DNA of 64,000 bases from assembly GCA_963666485.2 (NCBI GenBank), contig CAXXUO010000003.1, forward strand, positions 96,001-160,000. The letters are read 5' to 3'. This document shows positions 33,654 through 42,383 of the stretch, piece by piece (position 1 is the stretch's first letter; every line of letters starts with the position of its first letter). Made by a program: the position numbers and the translations under genes. The DNA comes from Syntrophorhabdaceae bacterium. GTDB lineage: Bacteria; Desulfobacterota; Syntrophorhabdia; Syntrophorhabdales; Syntrophorhabdaceae. Under the pieces are notes generated by a model. The model saw only the letters and a list, made by a program, of their open reading frames with translations. It was not told the DNA's origin and searched no databases.

Positions 33654-33887
33654 CGGCTAACGGCTAACGGCTTCTATCCCCCTGTTCGTCATTCAGGCGA
33701 AACGTTAATCCAGACCACCAACCGTCATTCAGACGAAACGGGAATCCATACCACCAACCGTCATTCCCGCGAAAGCGGGAATCCAGTGTCTTTGCTTTTT
33801 TAGTTTTTTCAATGCAGGATAATTCGAAGTATTCGAAATAAAAAACCAAAGACGCTGGATTCCGCCGCAAAAGCCGGCGGAATGACG
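33654..33887. repeat. CGGCTAA array, three 36-bp-spaced REP/dRS3-like units, and a MITE-like inverted pair
   Basis: CGTCATTC units at 33687, 33723 and 33759. The third contains ATTCCC-GCGAAAGC-GGGAAT. Inverted partner at 33847-33887. Confidence 0.85.
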
Positions 33888-33984
33888 AGTGGGGATATTC
33901 GGAGGTGTAAGTTTGGGTTGTCAGGATGATAGATGGTGTAATTGAACCACGATTTCTATCTACCTATACCTTACTCCTCATTGC

Positions 33985-34659
33985 TTACCCAATTATCTTT
34001 ATCTTCTTCTTCTCCGGCTTATTCCTCAGCAGAATGTACGTTGCGCCGGGGCCGCCGTCGGGCATTACTGCGTTTGAAAAGGCGGTGATCCATTTGCGGT
34101 GCATGGCCCGGACGATCCAGGTCTTGAGGTAGTCCTTTATTATCGGCTCACGCTTCGATTTAAGCCCCCGGCCGTGAATGACCTTGATACATTTGAGGTT
34201 CTTCCTTATTGCCTCGCTCAGGAAGAATTCAAAGGTCTCCCGGGCGCTTTCGATCGAGAGCCCGTGAAGATCGACGACCTGTTGGACCGAGAACTCGCCG
34301 TTGCGGAGTTTTTCCATGACAAGGGGGCTGACACCTTCTGCGTAGCCTTCCATGTATTCCGGGAGATTGGTGACGTTTATAAGGTTCCCGTCGGCGAGGA
34401 TGTTCTGAAGAAGCCTGTCTTCTTCGGTTTCTTTGCCGGGATGCGAAACGATTTCCGGCAGGGTCTTGCTCCGGACGCGATTGCCGCGTCTTGAGATCGT
34501 GCGAACACCTTCCATCGCCTCGCTGAAAAGATGATCGTCATCGTCCGGTACCGGATCGGGTTTATGGGCCGGCGTTTCTTTATCGAGTTCGATGTGTTTT
34601 TCTTTCAGAAAGGCTGACAGGCCGGCGAAGGGTCTGTTTATCGAATCGTTTCCATCCAT
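33985..34659 (-). CDS. Smr/MutS2 domain protein
   Basis: VDLHG, VIHGRG and GGPGATYILL. Confidence 0.9.
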   Translation of the reverse strand: MDGNDSINRPFAGLSAFLKEKHIELDKETPAHKPDPVPDDDDHLFSEAMEGVRTISRRGNRVRSKTLPEIVSHPGKETEEDRLLQNILADGNLINVTNLPEYMEGYAEGVSPLVMEKLRNGEFSVQQVVDLHGLSIESARETFEFFLSEAIRKNLKCIKVIHGRGLKSKREPIIKDYLKTWIVRAMHRKWITAFSNAVMPDGGPGATYILLRNKPEKKKIKIIG

Positions 34660-34680
34660 GGAATACTGCCTGACAGGTAC

Positions 34681-35055
34681 TTAAGCTTCCATATCGCTGA
34701 CCGCGATCGAATACGTTTCGGCGATCTCCTGAAAATCGAGGAGCTTTACGTCAAATGCGCCTTTTTGGCCGGCCTCTAAGGCAATGACATCCGAGTAGTC
34801 TGCCAGCACCGCGTCCTTTGCATCAAACAATGTCACGGTGATGGTGATAAGCGCTTCTTCGAGCCTTTCGTTGGTAAGCCAGCCGGAGACCTTGGCCCAG
34901 AAAGGGAGTGCGAGAAGGCCGCAGCAGGGCATGAGCGAGGGGAGGAAGACCTCGCCCTCAATGGATATACCGTCAATGGAACGCATCCCTGTACATCGAG
35001 GCTCTTTCTGGTCCTGGGGGGTTATACACCCGATAAGGTTTTTCGTTGCGGTCAT
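34681..35055 (-). CDS. Hypothetical protein (beta-sandwich/FxLYD-like C-terminal part)
   Basis: 'VSGWLTN...ITVTLFDAKDAVL...LEAGQKGAF' pattern; AAGGAG upstream. Confidence 0.55.
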   Translation of the reverse strand: MTATKNLIGCITPQDQKEPRCTGMRSIDGISIEGEVFLPSLMPCCGLLALPFWAKVSGWLTNERLEEALITITVTLFDAKDAVLADYSDVIALEAGQKGAFDVKLLDFQEIAETYSIAVSDMEA

Positions 35056-35153
35056 GATTGCGATACCACGCTCCTTTTATTTACCACAGGTGGGGAACTT
35101 TTGACAACATCCGGTATTTATAATAAATTACGAAAACAAGGGGTTATTCGTAA

Positions 35154-35861
35154 TTGAGGCAGGAAATGACCGAGGGCCGCTGTACCGCACTTTTATTCTC
35201 TTTTTTGCTGCATGGCATAATACTGGCAGCGCTCTTGATCACACCTTTGTTCGATACCGGAAAAGAATCCCCGATGATCTTAAGCTTAAGCTTTATCAAG
35301 CCGACCGGGACCGATCAGGCAGGTATCGGCTCCCGTCCGAAAAGCCGGGAAAGGCTGATAAATAAAGAAAATGCTTCACAGGCCGGGGCGCGGGACAGCG
35401 TCCGGAGTAATGAACCAAGCAGCCGCCAGGAGATTGCAAGAAAAAATGAGGCCGGCCCCGTTGATAGCGGTTCGGCCGGGCCCAAGGGACATTCGGGGGA
35501 TTCTGTCACGCATGGGGGCGTATCTTCTGCATCGACGGGAACGGGTTCGGGGGACGTTAAAAAACTCAATTATTCCGGGCCCGGCGGAGCGGACGAGCGT
35601 CATTTTTCCTTTATACGCGATACGATAATGCAGGGGATCACATATCCGGAGCGCGCGCGAAGAATGGGCTGGCAGGGGAAAGTCCTGCTCTCGTTCATTG
35701 TGCGGGAAAACGGGTCTATCGATGACGTGAAGGTCGTCACCAGTTCCGGCTTTCCGGTACTCGACGAGAACGCCCGCGAAACGATAGTCCGGACAAGTTT
35801 CAGGAAAAAAGTGCCTGTCAAATTATACGTTTTATTGCCGGTGGAATATAAGTTAAGATGA
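35154..35861 (+). CDS. tonB: Energy transducer TonB
   Basis: N-terminal TM with 'SFLLH', low-complexity linker, and C-domain YPERARRMGWQGKV..SSGFPVLD. Confidence 0.85.
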   Translation: MRQEMTEGRCTALLFSFLLHGIILAALLITPLFDTGKESPMILSLSFIKPTGTDQAGIGSRPKSRERLINKENASQAGARDSVRSNEPSSRQEIARKNEAGPVDSGSAGPKGHSGDSVTHGGVSSASTGTGSGDVKKLNYSGPGGADERHFSFIRDTIMQGITYPERARRMGWQGKVLLSFIVRENGSIDDVKVVTSSGFPVLDENARETIVRTSFRKKVPVKLYVLLPVEYKLR

Positions 35862-35863
35862 TT

Positions 35864-35929
35864 GGCGAGAGGCAATAGGCGAGAGGCAATAGGGCAGGAT
35901 TTACTGCCCATCGCCTACTGCCCATCGCC
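35864..35929. repeat. Inverted 14-bp (2x7) tandem arrays between convergent genes
   Basis: (GGCGAGAGGCAATA)x2 at 35864-35891 versus (TACTGCCCATCGCC)x2 at 35902-35929; imperfect complement. Confidence 0.75.
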
Positions 35930-36682
35930 CAGAATTTCCAATTTCCTCGTAAACACCAGGTACCCCGTATGCGCGATCATCCGGTCGTTGGGGCGGACGC
36001 GCTCGGCGACTGTTTTATATTTTCGTATGAGGATCTCGAGGACCTCGGTATCTCCATATCCCTCTTCGAGCGCCTTGAGGACGTCCGATACCTGGTTGGC
36101 GGTGGGTAATATCATGCCGATCGGGGCGCTCATCTTCACGGCATCCCGCACCTTTTCAAGCACTGCCGGGGGCTCCCTGACATCGATGAACGCCGCATCG
36201 AAGGCTTCCCCCTCGTAACCGGTGAATTCCTCGTTGTGGAGTTCCACGTTATCCCAGTCGCAAAACCTATCGATGTTTCTTTTCGCGTTCCGGAAATGAC
36301 GTTCTTCCTGTTCGAATGAAACTACTTGTCCGTCCGGTCCGACGGCATGAGAAAGGATGAACGTGTTTGCCCCGCTTCCCGTGCCCACTTCAAGAATGCG
36401 CGAGCCTTTTTTCAGGCTCAGCCGGAACGCTATATAAAAGCTTTCCTTGGGGAAGACGATCTGTGTCTCGCGCTTGAGGCCGTACATGACGATATCCTCG
36501 ATCGTCGGCTCGAATATATCGTAATCGCCGATCCTGATTCCGTAAGGTTTCCCGATAAGGTCGCCGTACTTCAGCATCCCGCCCTTTCCGTGAAAGGACT
36601 GATCGGGTGCGATCCGCTTGAGATACCGCCTGCCGCGCCAGATTATCAATATGAGCTGCCCGTCTTCTATCACTTTTACCAT
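35915..36682 (-). CDS. trmI: tRNA (adenine-N1)-methyltransferase (m1A58)
   Basis: TQIVFPKE, EVGTGSG, FIDVREP, PTANQV and RMIAHTGYL. Confidence 0.88.
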   Translation of the reverse strand: MVKVIEDGQLILIIWRGRRYLKRIAPDQSFHGKGGMLKYGDLIGKPYGIRIGDYDIFEPTIEDIVMYGLKRETQIVFPKESFYIAFRLSLKKGSRILEVGTGSGANTFILSHAVGPDGQVVSFEQEERHFRNAKRNIDRFCDWDNVELHNEEFTGYEGEAFDAAFIDVREPPAVLEKVRDAVKMSAPIGMILPTANQVSDVLKALEEGYGDTEVLEILIRKYKTVAERVRPNDRMIAHTGYLVFTRKLEILGDGQ

Positions 36683-36714
36683 CGATCACCTGAAATATTT
36701 AATAAGATAAAACC

Positions 36715-36968
36715 CTGGATCCCGGCCTTCGTCGGGATGACGACGGACTTAAACTTTTCCGTCATTTCTGCGAAAGCGAATCCATTTTGTTTCAACGAAA
36801 AACCCAAAAGCAAAACCCTGGATCCCGGTGTCAAGCACCGGGATGACGGCACGAGTGAGATTCGGTGCCGCGCACCGGGATGACGGCACGAGTGAGATTC
36901 GGTGCCGCGCGCCGGGATGACGGCGAGTGCGGGAACCATTGTCCCGGGTCAAGCCCGGGATGACGACG
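36715..36968. repeat. Cluster of REP-like palindromes with a 37-bp tandem amplification
   Basis: TGGATCCCGG...GGGATGACG units. GCACCGGGATGACGGCACGAGTGAGATTCGGTGCCGC repeats at 36835 and 36872, with a partial copy at 36909. Confidence 0.88.
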
Positions 36969-36978
36969 GGTGCGAGAG

Positions 36979-37629
36979 CTATAGGATCACAAACTTCTTC
37001 ACATAATCGACGATCTCCTGGGGATCGTCCATGATCTTGAAGATGTCGAGGTCCTCTTTTGTTATCCTGCTGTGGGTCAACATCTGCTCTTTCATCCAGT
37101 CGATCAGCCCCTGCCAGTATTCGCCGTGGTAGAGAATGACGGGAAAAGGCTTCATCTTTTTTGTCTGGATAAGGGTGATCGCCTCGAAAAACTCGTCGAG
37201 CGTGCCGAAACCCCCGGGCATGACGATGTAGGCGACGGCATACTTGAGAAACATCACCTTCCGCACGAAAAAGTAGCGGTAGCTCAGCCGGACATTGGCA
37301 AATGGATTAGGTTTTTGCTCGAACGGCAGTTCGATGTTTATACCGACCGACTTGGAACCGCCGTCCCTGGCGCCCTTGTTTGCTGCTTCCATAACGCCGC
37401 CGCCGCCGCCCGTGATCACATTGAAACAATTCTTGGCAAAGAGTTTCGCGATATCGTATGTCTTCTCATAGAGCATTTCGCCCTTCTGGGTGCGAGCACT
37501 GCCGAAAATGGTAACGGCCGGACTTATTTCGCTCAAGCCCTCAAAGCCCTCGACGAATTCTGCCATGATATGAAAAAGCCGCCACGATTCCTTGAGGCTT
37601 ATATCATCTATAACATACTGTTTTTCCAT
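36979..37629 (-). CDS. LOG family / TIGR00730 nucleotide phosphoribohydrolase
   Basis: FGSAR, TGGG.GVM, FFVRKVMF and PGGFGTLDE. Confidence 0.9.
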   Translation of the reverse strand: MEKQYVIDDISLKESWRLFHIMAEFVEGFEGLSEISPAVTIFGSARTQKGEMLYEKTYDIAKLFAKNCFNVITGGGGGVMEAANKGARDGGSKSVGINIELPFEQKPNPFANVRLSYRYFFVRKVMFLKYAVAYIVMPGGFGTLDEFFEAITLIQTKKMKPFPVILYHGEYWQGLIDWMKEQMLTHSRITKEDLDIFKIMDDPQEIVDYVKKFVIL

Positions 37630-37706
37630 GAGTTCCCCTTTTGCCTTGAGATTTTGGGCGCTGACATATATTATTTAGATAGAAATTACTTGTCAAATTA
37701 AAACGA

Positions 37707-38525
37707 ATGGGCGAAATATTGATCGGGACGAGCGGCTTTTCTTTTGATGACTGGATAGGTGCGATCTATCCGCCCCGGACAAAGAAACAGGACATGCTCC
37801 CGTATTATTGCCGCAACCTCGGGTTCAAGACCCTCGAAGTTAATTATACGTATTATTCCATGCCGTCACGCAAAACGATGGAGTCGTTCGCACGCCGCAC
37901 ACCGGAGGATTTCGCTTTCGTCGTGAAGGCGTACAAGGATATGACCCATTCGGTAAAAAGCGACATCCGGGACACGTGCCGCTTTTTTAAAGAGGGTGTT
38001 GAACCTCTTGGCCCGAACCTTAAGGCGCTTCTCTTTCAGTTCCCGTACATGTTCCAGCCGACCGAAGAAAACATCGGGTATATCCGGCAGCTGAAAGACG
38101 AGTTCCAGGGATACGAATCGATTATAGAATTCCGGAACGCGCAGTGGTTCAATGAAAAATATTTCGAACTCTTGAAGAAGCTTTCGCTGGGGTTCTGTGT
38201 TGTCGACGAACCGAAGCTCAAGGGGCTCATGCCTTTCACGCCCGTTCTTACCTCGACAACCGGTTATTTCCGGTTTCATGGAAGGAACCGGTCCTGGTTC
38301 AGGGAGCCCGTCGACGTGCGGTACGATTATTTATATTCAGAAAAGGAATTGAGAGGATTTGTGGAACCCATCGTCGACATCGCGTCGCGGGCTGATGGCC
38401 CGACCTTTGTCTTCTTCAATAACTGCCATTCAGGGAAAGCGGCCACAAATGCCCTCATGCTGATAGAGCTTCTGAAAGAGAGGCCGGTATTTGATCCGGC
38501 GTTCAAGGCCGCTCCTCACAATTAA
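37707..38525 (+). CDS. DUF72 domain protein
   Basis: IGTSGF, EVNYTYY, LFQFP, EFRN, RFHGRN, YDYLYS and FFNN. Confidence 0.9.
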   Translation: MGEILIGTSGFSFDDWIGAIYPPRTKKQDMLPYYCRNLGFKTLEVNYTYYSMPSRKTMESFARRTPEDFAFVVKAYKDMTHSVKSDIRDTCRFFKEGVEPLGPNLKALLFQFPYMFQPTEENIGYIRQLKDEFQGYESIIEFRNAQWFNEKYFELLKKLSLGFCVVDEPKLKGLMPFTPVLTSTTGYFRFHGRNRSWFREPVDVRYDYLYSEKELRGFVEPIVDIASRADGPTFVFFNNCHSGKAATNALMLIELLKERPVFDPAFKAAPHN

Positions 38526-38611
38526 TTGCGTCGAAAGGATTACTTCATCGTCTGCCCGATGACCGTGATCGTCGGGGCGTGTGACATCGCAGGTTTCTAA
38601 AGGGGAACTCA

Positions 38612-39967
38612 ATGAATACGGAAATATTCAGGGAATATGATATCAGGGGAGACGTTGAGCGCGACCTGGCGGACGATGTCGTGCGCGACATAGGCAGGGC
38701 ATTCGCCTCGCGTATGGTGTCGCTCGGAAAAAAGAAGGTATCGGTCTGCCGTGATTGCCGCCTGAGCTCTGAACACTACAGGGACCTTCTGGTAGAGACT
38801 ATGACCGGGTCGGGCCTCGATGTCACCGATATCGGACTTGCCCCGACGCCGCTCTTCTATTTCTCGCTGTTCAATCTCGCTGTCGAAGGGGGCATTATGG
38901 TGACGGGCAGTCATAACCCGCCGACCATGAACGGATTTAAGATCGCTGTCGACAGGGCCACCATTTACGGTGAACAGATACAGGACATACGAAGGACGAT
39001 CGAAGAGGGAAGATTCGTATCGGGAACGGGTTCGTACCGCCAGTACACGGATATCGTGAAAGATTACTACGCATACCTGCGCTCTCATATCAGCATCGGA
39101 AAGGACTTCAAGGTCGTCATTGACGCCGGGAACGGAACGGGGGGAGTCATAGCCGCCCCCATAATGCGGGAATTCGGCCAGAACGTGACTGAGCTCTTTT
39201 GCGATATGGACGGTCATTTCCCCAACCATTTCCCCGACCCCACGGTCGAGCAGAATCTCGTAACCCTCAAGAACACTATCCTCAAGGAGAAGGCCGACGT
39301 CGGCATCGGGTATGACGGCGATGCGGACAGGATCGGGGTGGTTGATGAAAAAGGCGGTATCATCTGGGGTGATTACCTCATGCTGATCTTTGCGCGGGAG
39401 ATCCTCAAAGAGCACGCGGGAGGCACCTTCATCTCCGAGGTGAAATGTTCCCGGAACCTCTTCGATGACATAGCGAAACGCGGCGGCGTCCCGGTCATGT
39501 GGAAGGCCGGCCACTCCCTCATCAAGCAGAAAATGAAGGAGACGCACGCCCTGATGGGCGGCGAAATGAGCGGCCACATCTTCTTCGCAGACCGCTTTTT
39601 CGGATATGACGATGCAATATACGCATCGTTGCGTTTCCTCGAAATAATGGAGCGCGACGGCCGCCCCGTCTCCGAGTTCTTAAGCGATCTCCCAAAAACA
39701 TACTCGACCCCCGAGATCCGTGTCGACTGCCCGGATAACGTGAAATTCGCCGTAGTTCGCGAACTGACCGAGCTTTACCGCGCGAAATACCCGATCATCG
39801 ACACCGACGGCGTCCGTGCAACCTTCGACGGCGGATGGGGGCTCGTTCGTTCTTCCAATACCCAGCCAATTCTCGTCCTGCGCTTCGAAGCCGACACACC
39901 TGAGGCGCTGGAGAGGATACAGAGTATGGTGATGGAAGATGTGGAGAAAATAAAAAAGAAGTTCTAG
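38612..39967 (+). CDS. Phosphomannomutase/phosphoglucomutase
   Basis: FREYDIRG, TGSHNP, DGDADR, GEMSGH and RSSNTQP. Confidence 0.94.
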   Translation: MNTEIFREYDIRGDVERDLADDVVRDIGRAFASRMVSLGKKKVSVCRDCRLSSEHYRDLLVETMTGSGLDVTDIGLAPTPLFYFSLFNLAVEGGIMVTGSHNPPTMNGFKIAVDRATIYGEQIQDIRRTIEEGRFVSGTGSYRQYTDIVKDYYAYLRSHISIGKDFKVVIDAGNGTGGVIAAPIMREFGQNVTELFCDMDGHFPNHFPDPTVEQNLVTLKNTILKEKADVGIGYDGDADRIGVVDEKGGIIWGDYLMLIFAREILKEHAGGTFISEVKCSRNLFDDIAKRGGVPVMWKAGHSLIKQKMKETHALMGGEMSGHIFFADRFFGYDDAIYASLRFLEIMERDGRPVSEFLSDLPKTYSTPEIRVDCPDNVKFAVVRELTELYRAKYPIIDTDGVRATFDGGWGLVRSSNTQPILVLRFEADTPEALERIQSMVMEDVEKIKKKF

Positions 39968-40102
39968 GTTCAAGGTTCAAAGTTCAAGGTTAAAGAAGGT
40001 GCCCGGAACCGTAAATTAGAACGGTGAAAAATTAATTGAACCTCGGATTAAATTTTGATGAATAGTCTTTTACCTTGAACCTTGAACTTTGAACCTTGAA
40101 CC
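39967..40102. repeat. Inverted heptamer arrays (GGTTCAA)n/(TTGAACC)n, 25-bp perfect IR
   Basis: 39967-39991 GGTTCAAGGTTCAAAGTTCAAGGTT is the reverse complement of 40078-40102. Confidence 0.9.
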
Positions 40103-40109
40103 ATTAATT

Positions 40110-42383
40110 ATGTTAGACATTCCCCGCCATATTCTGCGCCCGGCCCGCTACATCGGGTGCGAACCGAACCATGTCCGGAAGGACCTGAAGGATGTGAGAG
40201 TGCGTTTTGCGCTCTGCTATCCGGATATCTACGAGATCGGGATGTCGTACTATGGTCTGTTCCTTCTCTATGAGATCGCGAACCGGATGGAAGGGGTGTG
40301 GTGCGAACGGTGTTTCGCTCCCTGGGCGGACAGGGAAGAGCATCTGAGGTCAACGGGTAAACCTCTCACGACCCTCGAATCGAAGACGCCCCTTTCTTCA
40401 ATGGACCTGATAGGTTTTTCGCTGACGTATGAGCTCAATGTCACGAATGTCCTGAATATGCTCTCCCTCGGCGGGGTGAACATACACTCGGATGCACGGC
40501 GGGAAAAAGATCCTATCGTCATTGGGGGCGGCCCGTTAATGCTGAACCCCGGGCCGTACCGGCGTTTTTTTGACGTCATTGTCGCCGGCGAGGGGGATGA
40601 GGCAATCGTTTCGCTGCTCACAATTGCCCGGGACATGGCCGGTGAAAGACGGGACAGGATCATAGCCGAACTGTCAAAGGTCGACGGGGTTTATACGGCC
40701 GAGGCAACGAAAGTAAAAAGGCTTTTTGTCAAAGACCTCGACCGGGCGTTTCATCCTGTCCGGCCTCCGATACCGGCCGTCGACAGCGTCCATAATCGCC
40801 TCAACATTGAAATATCGCGCGGGTGCGGCAATGGGTGCCGGTTTTGCCTCGCCGGATTCGGGTACAGACCGTACCGTGAACGTTCGTTCGAAGCGGTGAA
40901 GGCGGCCATAGACGAGGGCCTTCACAATACCGGGTATGAAGAGATATCGTTGCTTTCGTTAAGCTCAGGAGATTACGGGCATCTTTTCGATGTTATTGAC
41001 TATGCGCGAAGGAAATATAACGGGTTGTCTGTCAGTTTGCCATCCCTTAAAATTGGCAGCATAGGGAAGGACGAGATAGCGGCAATGGGAGAAATGGCGC
41101 GCACGGGCTTTACGTTTGCGCTGGAAGCCCCGGCGGCGCATTTAAGGCAGCGGCTGAACAAGGATATAAATGTCGATGACCTCGTAGCGCAACTGCCGCA
41201 GCTCAGAGATCTCGGCTGGCGCCGGTTGAAGTTGTATGTCATGGTGGGCTTTCCGTGGGAGACGGAAGAGGACCTGCGCTCGATCCGCGATGTCATCTCG
41301 CCGTTCAGGGCTGCCGGTTTCGACATCAACCTGTCGGTATCCCCGTTCACGCCGAAGCCGCACACCCCGTTCCAATGGCTGCCGATGGATGACGAGGCGG
41401 TACTTAACGAAAAAATACTGTTGATAAAGGATTCCCTGAAAAAGACGGGTGTCCGGGTGCGGTACCGGGATACATCTGTGAGCATTATCGAGGGCATCGT
41501 CGCGCGGGCGGATGAAGGCCTGTCACCTCTTTTCTCGTACCTTCATGAGCGCGGTGTCCGGCTCGAGGCGTGGCGTGAATTCTTCTCGTTCGAGCCGTAC
41601 CGGCAATGGTTCGAGGAGAATTCCCTCGACATCGCGAAGTATACCGGACGTTTGGGCCCGGATGATCCCCTTGCCTGGGATGTGGTCGATATGGGTTTTG
41701 ATACGCAGTTCCTGAGTGACGAGCTCAGGAAGGCCGAATGCGCTGAGATGACGGAAAACTGCCTGAACGGATGCGCCGCGTGCGGCCTCGAATGTGATCG
41801 CAGCCACGGGTCCGCCTCCGGAAAAGAAAGAACCGGATCAGCAACCGACGGTGAGAGGCCCCCCCTGGTCCTAGCCGGTCCCGCGCCGAAGAAGGTAACG
41901 TTTCGTTACGGCAAATACGGCGATGCACGATATGTCGGACACCTCGACACGATGAGCATCCTGGTGCGGGCCATCAAGGGTTCCGGAATACCGATCAGGA
42001 CAAAAGGGAAATACCATCCTTTACCGAAGATAGCCCTGACGGACGCCCTTCCTGTCGGTATCGAGAGTTTTTATGAATTCATCGAGATAGAGACCGAAGC
42101 GGACACAAAGATCGATAATGTAATCATGAACAACATCAACTCGCGATTGATGCCGGGCATAAAAATATACGAATTTATTGAAGGTTCTTTGAAAGATGTG
42201 GTAAAAGATTATCTGTTCATTCTTATTGCGGAGACCATGCAGGAGGGTGATATCACCCTGTGGAAGAAAACGCAGGGCAGGTATTTTTATGTGTGGCGCG
42301 GCAAGAGTGCTAAACAACTCTGGAACCGAGAGACCTTTTCCCGGATCATCAAGATAGGATCGAGAGACAATTATGGCATCTGA
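40110..42383 (+). CDS. B12-binding radical SAM protein (TIGR03960-like) fused to a TIGR03936-like C-terminal domain
   Basis: PARYIG.E, YPDIYEIGMS, CGNGCRFC, PKPHTPFQW and C-terminal YVGHLD..HPLPKI..ALPVGIES; upstream of rng. Confidence 0.85.
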   Translation: MLDIPRHILRPARYIGCEPNHVRKDLKDVRVRFALCYPDIYEIGMSYYGLFLLYEIANRMEGVWCERCFAPWADREEHLRSTGKPLTTLESKTPLSSMDLIGFSLTYELNVTNVLNMLSLGGVNIHSDARREKDPIVIGGGPLMLNPGPYRRFFDVIVAGEGDEAIVSLLTIARDMAGERRDRIIAELSKVDGVYTAEATKVKRLFVKDLDRAFHPVRPPIPAVDSVHNRLNIEISRGCGNGCRFCLAGFGYRPYRERSFEAVKAAIDEGLHNTGYEEISLLSLSSGDYGHLFDVIDYARRKYNGLSVSLPSLKIGSIGKDEIAAMGEMARTGFTFALEAPAAHLRQRLNKDINVDDLVAQLPQLRDLGWRRLKLYVMVGFPWETEEDLRSIRDVISPFRAAGFDINLSVSPFTPKPHTPFQWLPMDDEAVLNEKILLIKDSLKKTGVRVRYRDTSVSIIEGIVARADEGLSPLFSYLHERGVRLEAWREFFSFEPYRQWFEENSLDIAKYTGRLGPDDPLAWDVVDMGFDTQFLSDELRKAECAEMTENCLNGCAACGLECDRSHGSASGKERTGSATDGERPPLVLAGPAPKKVTFRYGKYGDARYVGHLDTMSILVRAIKGSGIPIRTKGKYHPLPKIALTDALPVGIESFYEFIEIETEADTKIDNVIMNNINSRLMPGIKIYEFIEGSLKDVVKDYLFILIAETMQEGDITLWKKTQGRYFYVWRGKSAKQLWNRETFSRIIKIGSRDNYGI

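Noticed and set aside
33687..33794. 36-bp periodic palindromic units as a CRISPR array
   Set aside because: Units are tandem with no unique spacers, no cas genes are present, and they match a dispersed REP-like family.
36835..36925. 37-bp repeats as a CRISPR array
   Set aside because: Head-to-tail duplication without spacers.
36676..36952. Small ORFs across repeat regions (also 8364-8651, 20447-20650, 33664-33870, 62280-62519)
   Set aside because: They are translations of REP or heptamer repeats with no independent coding evidence.
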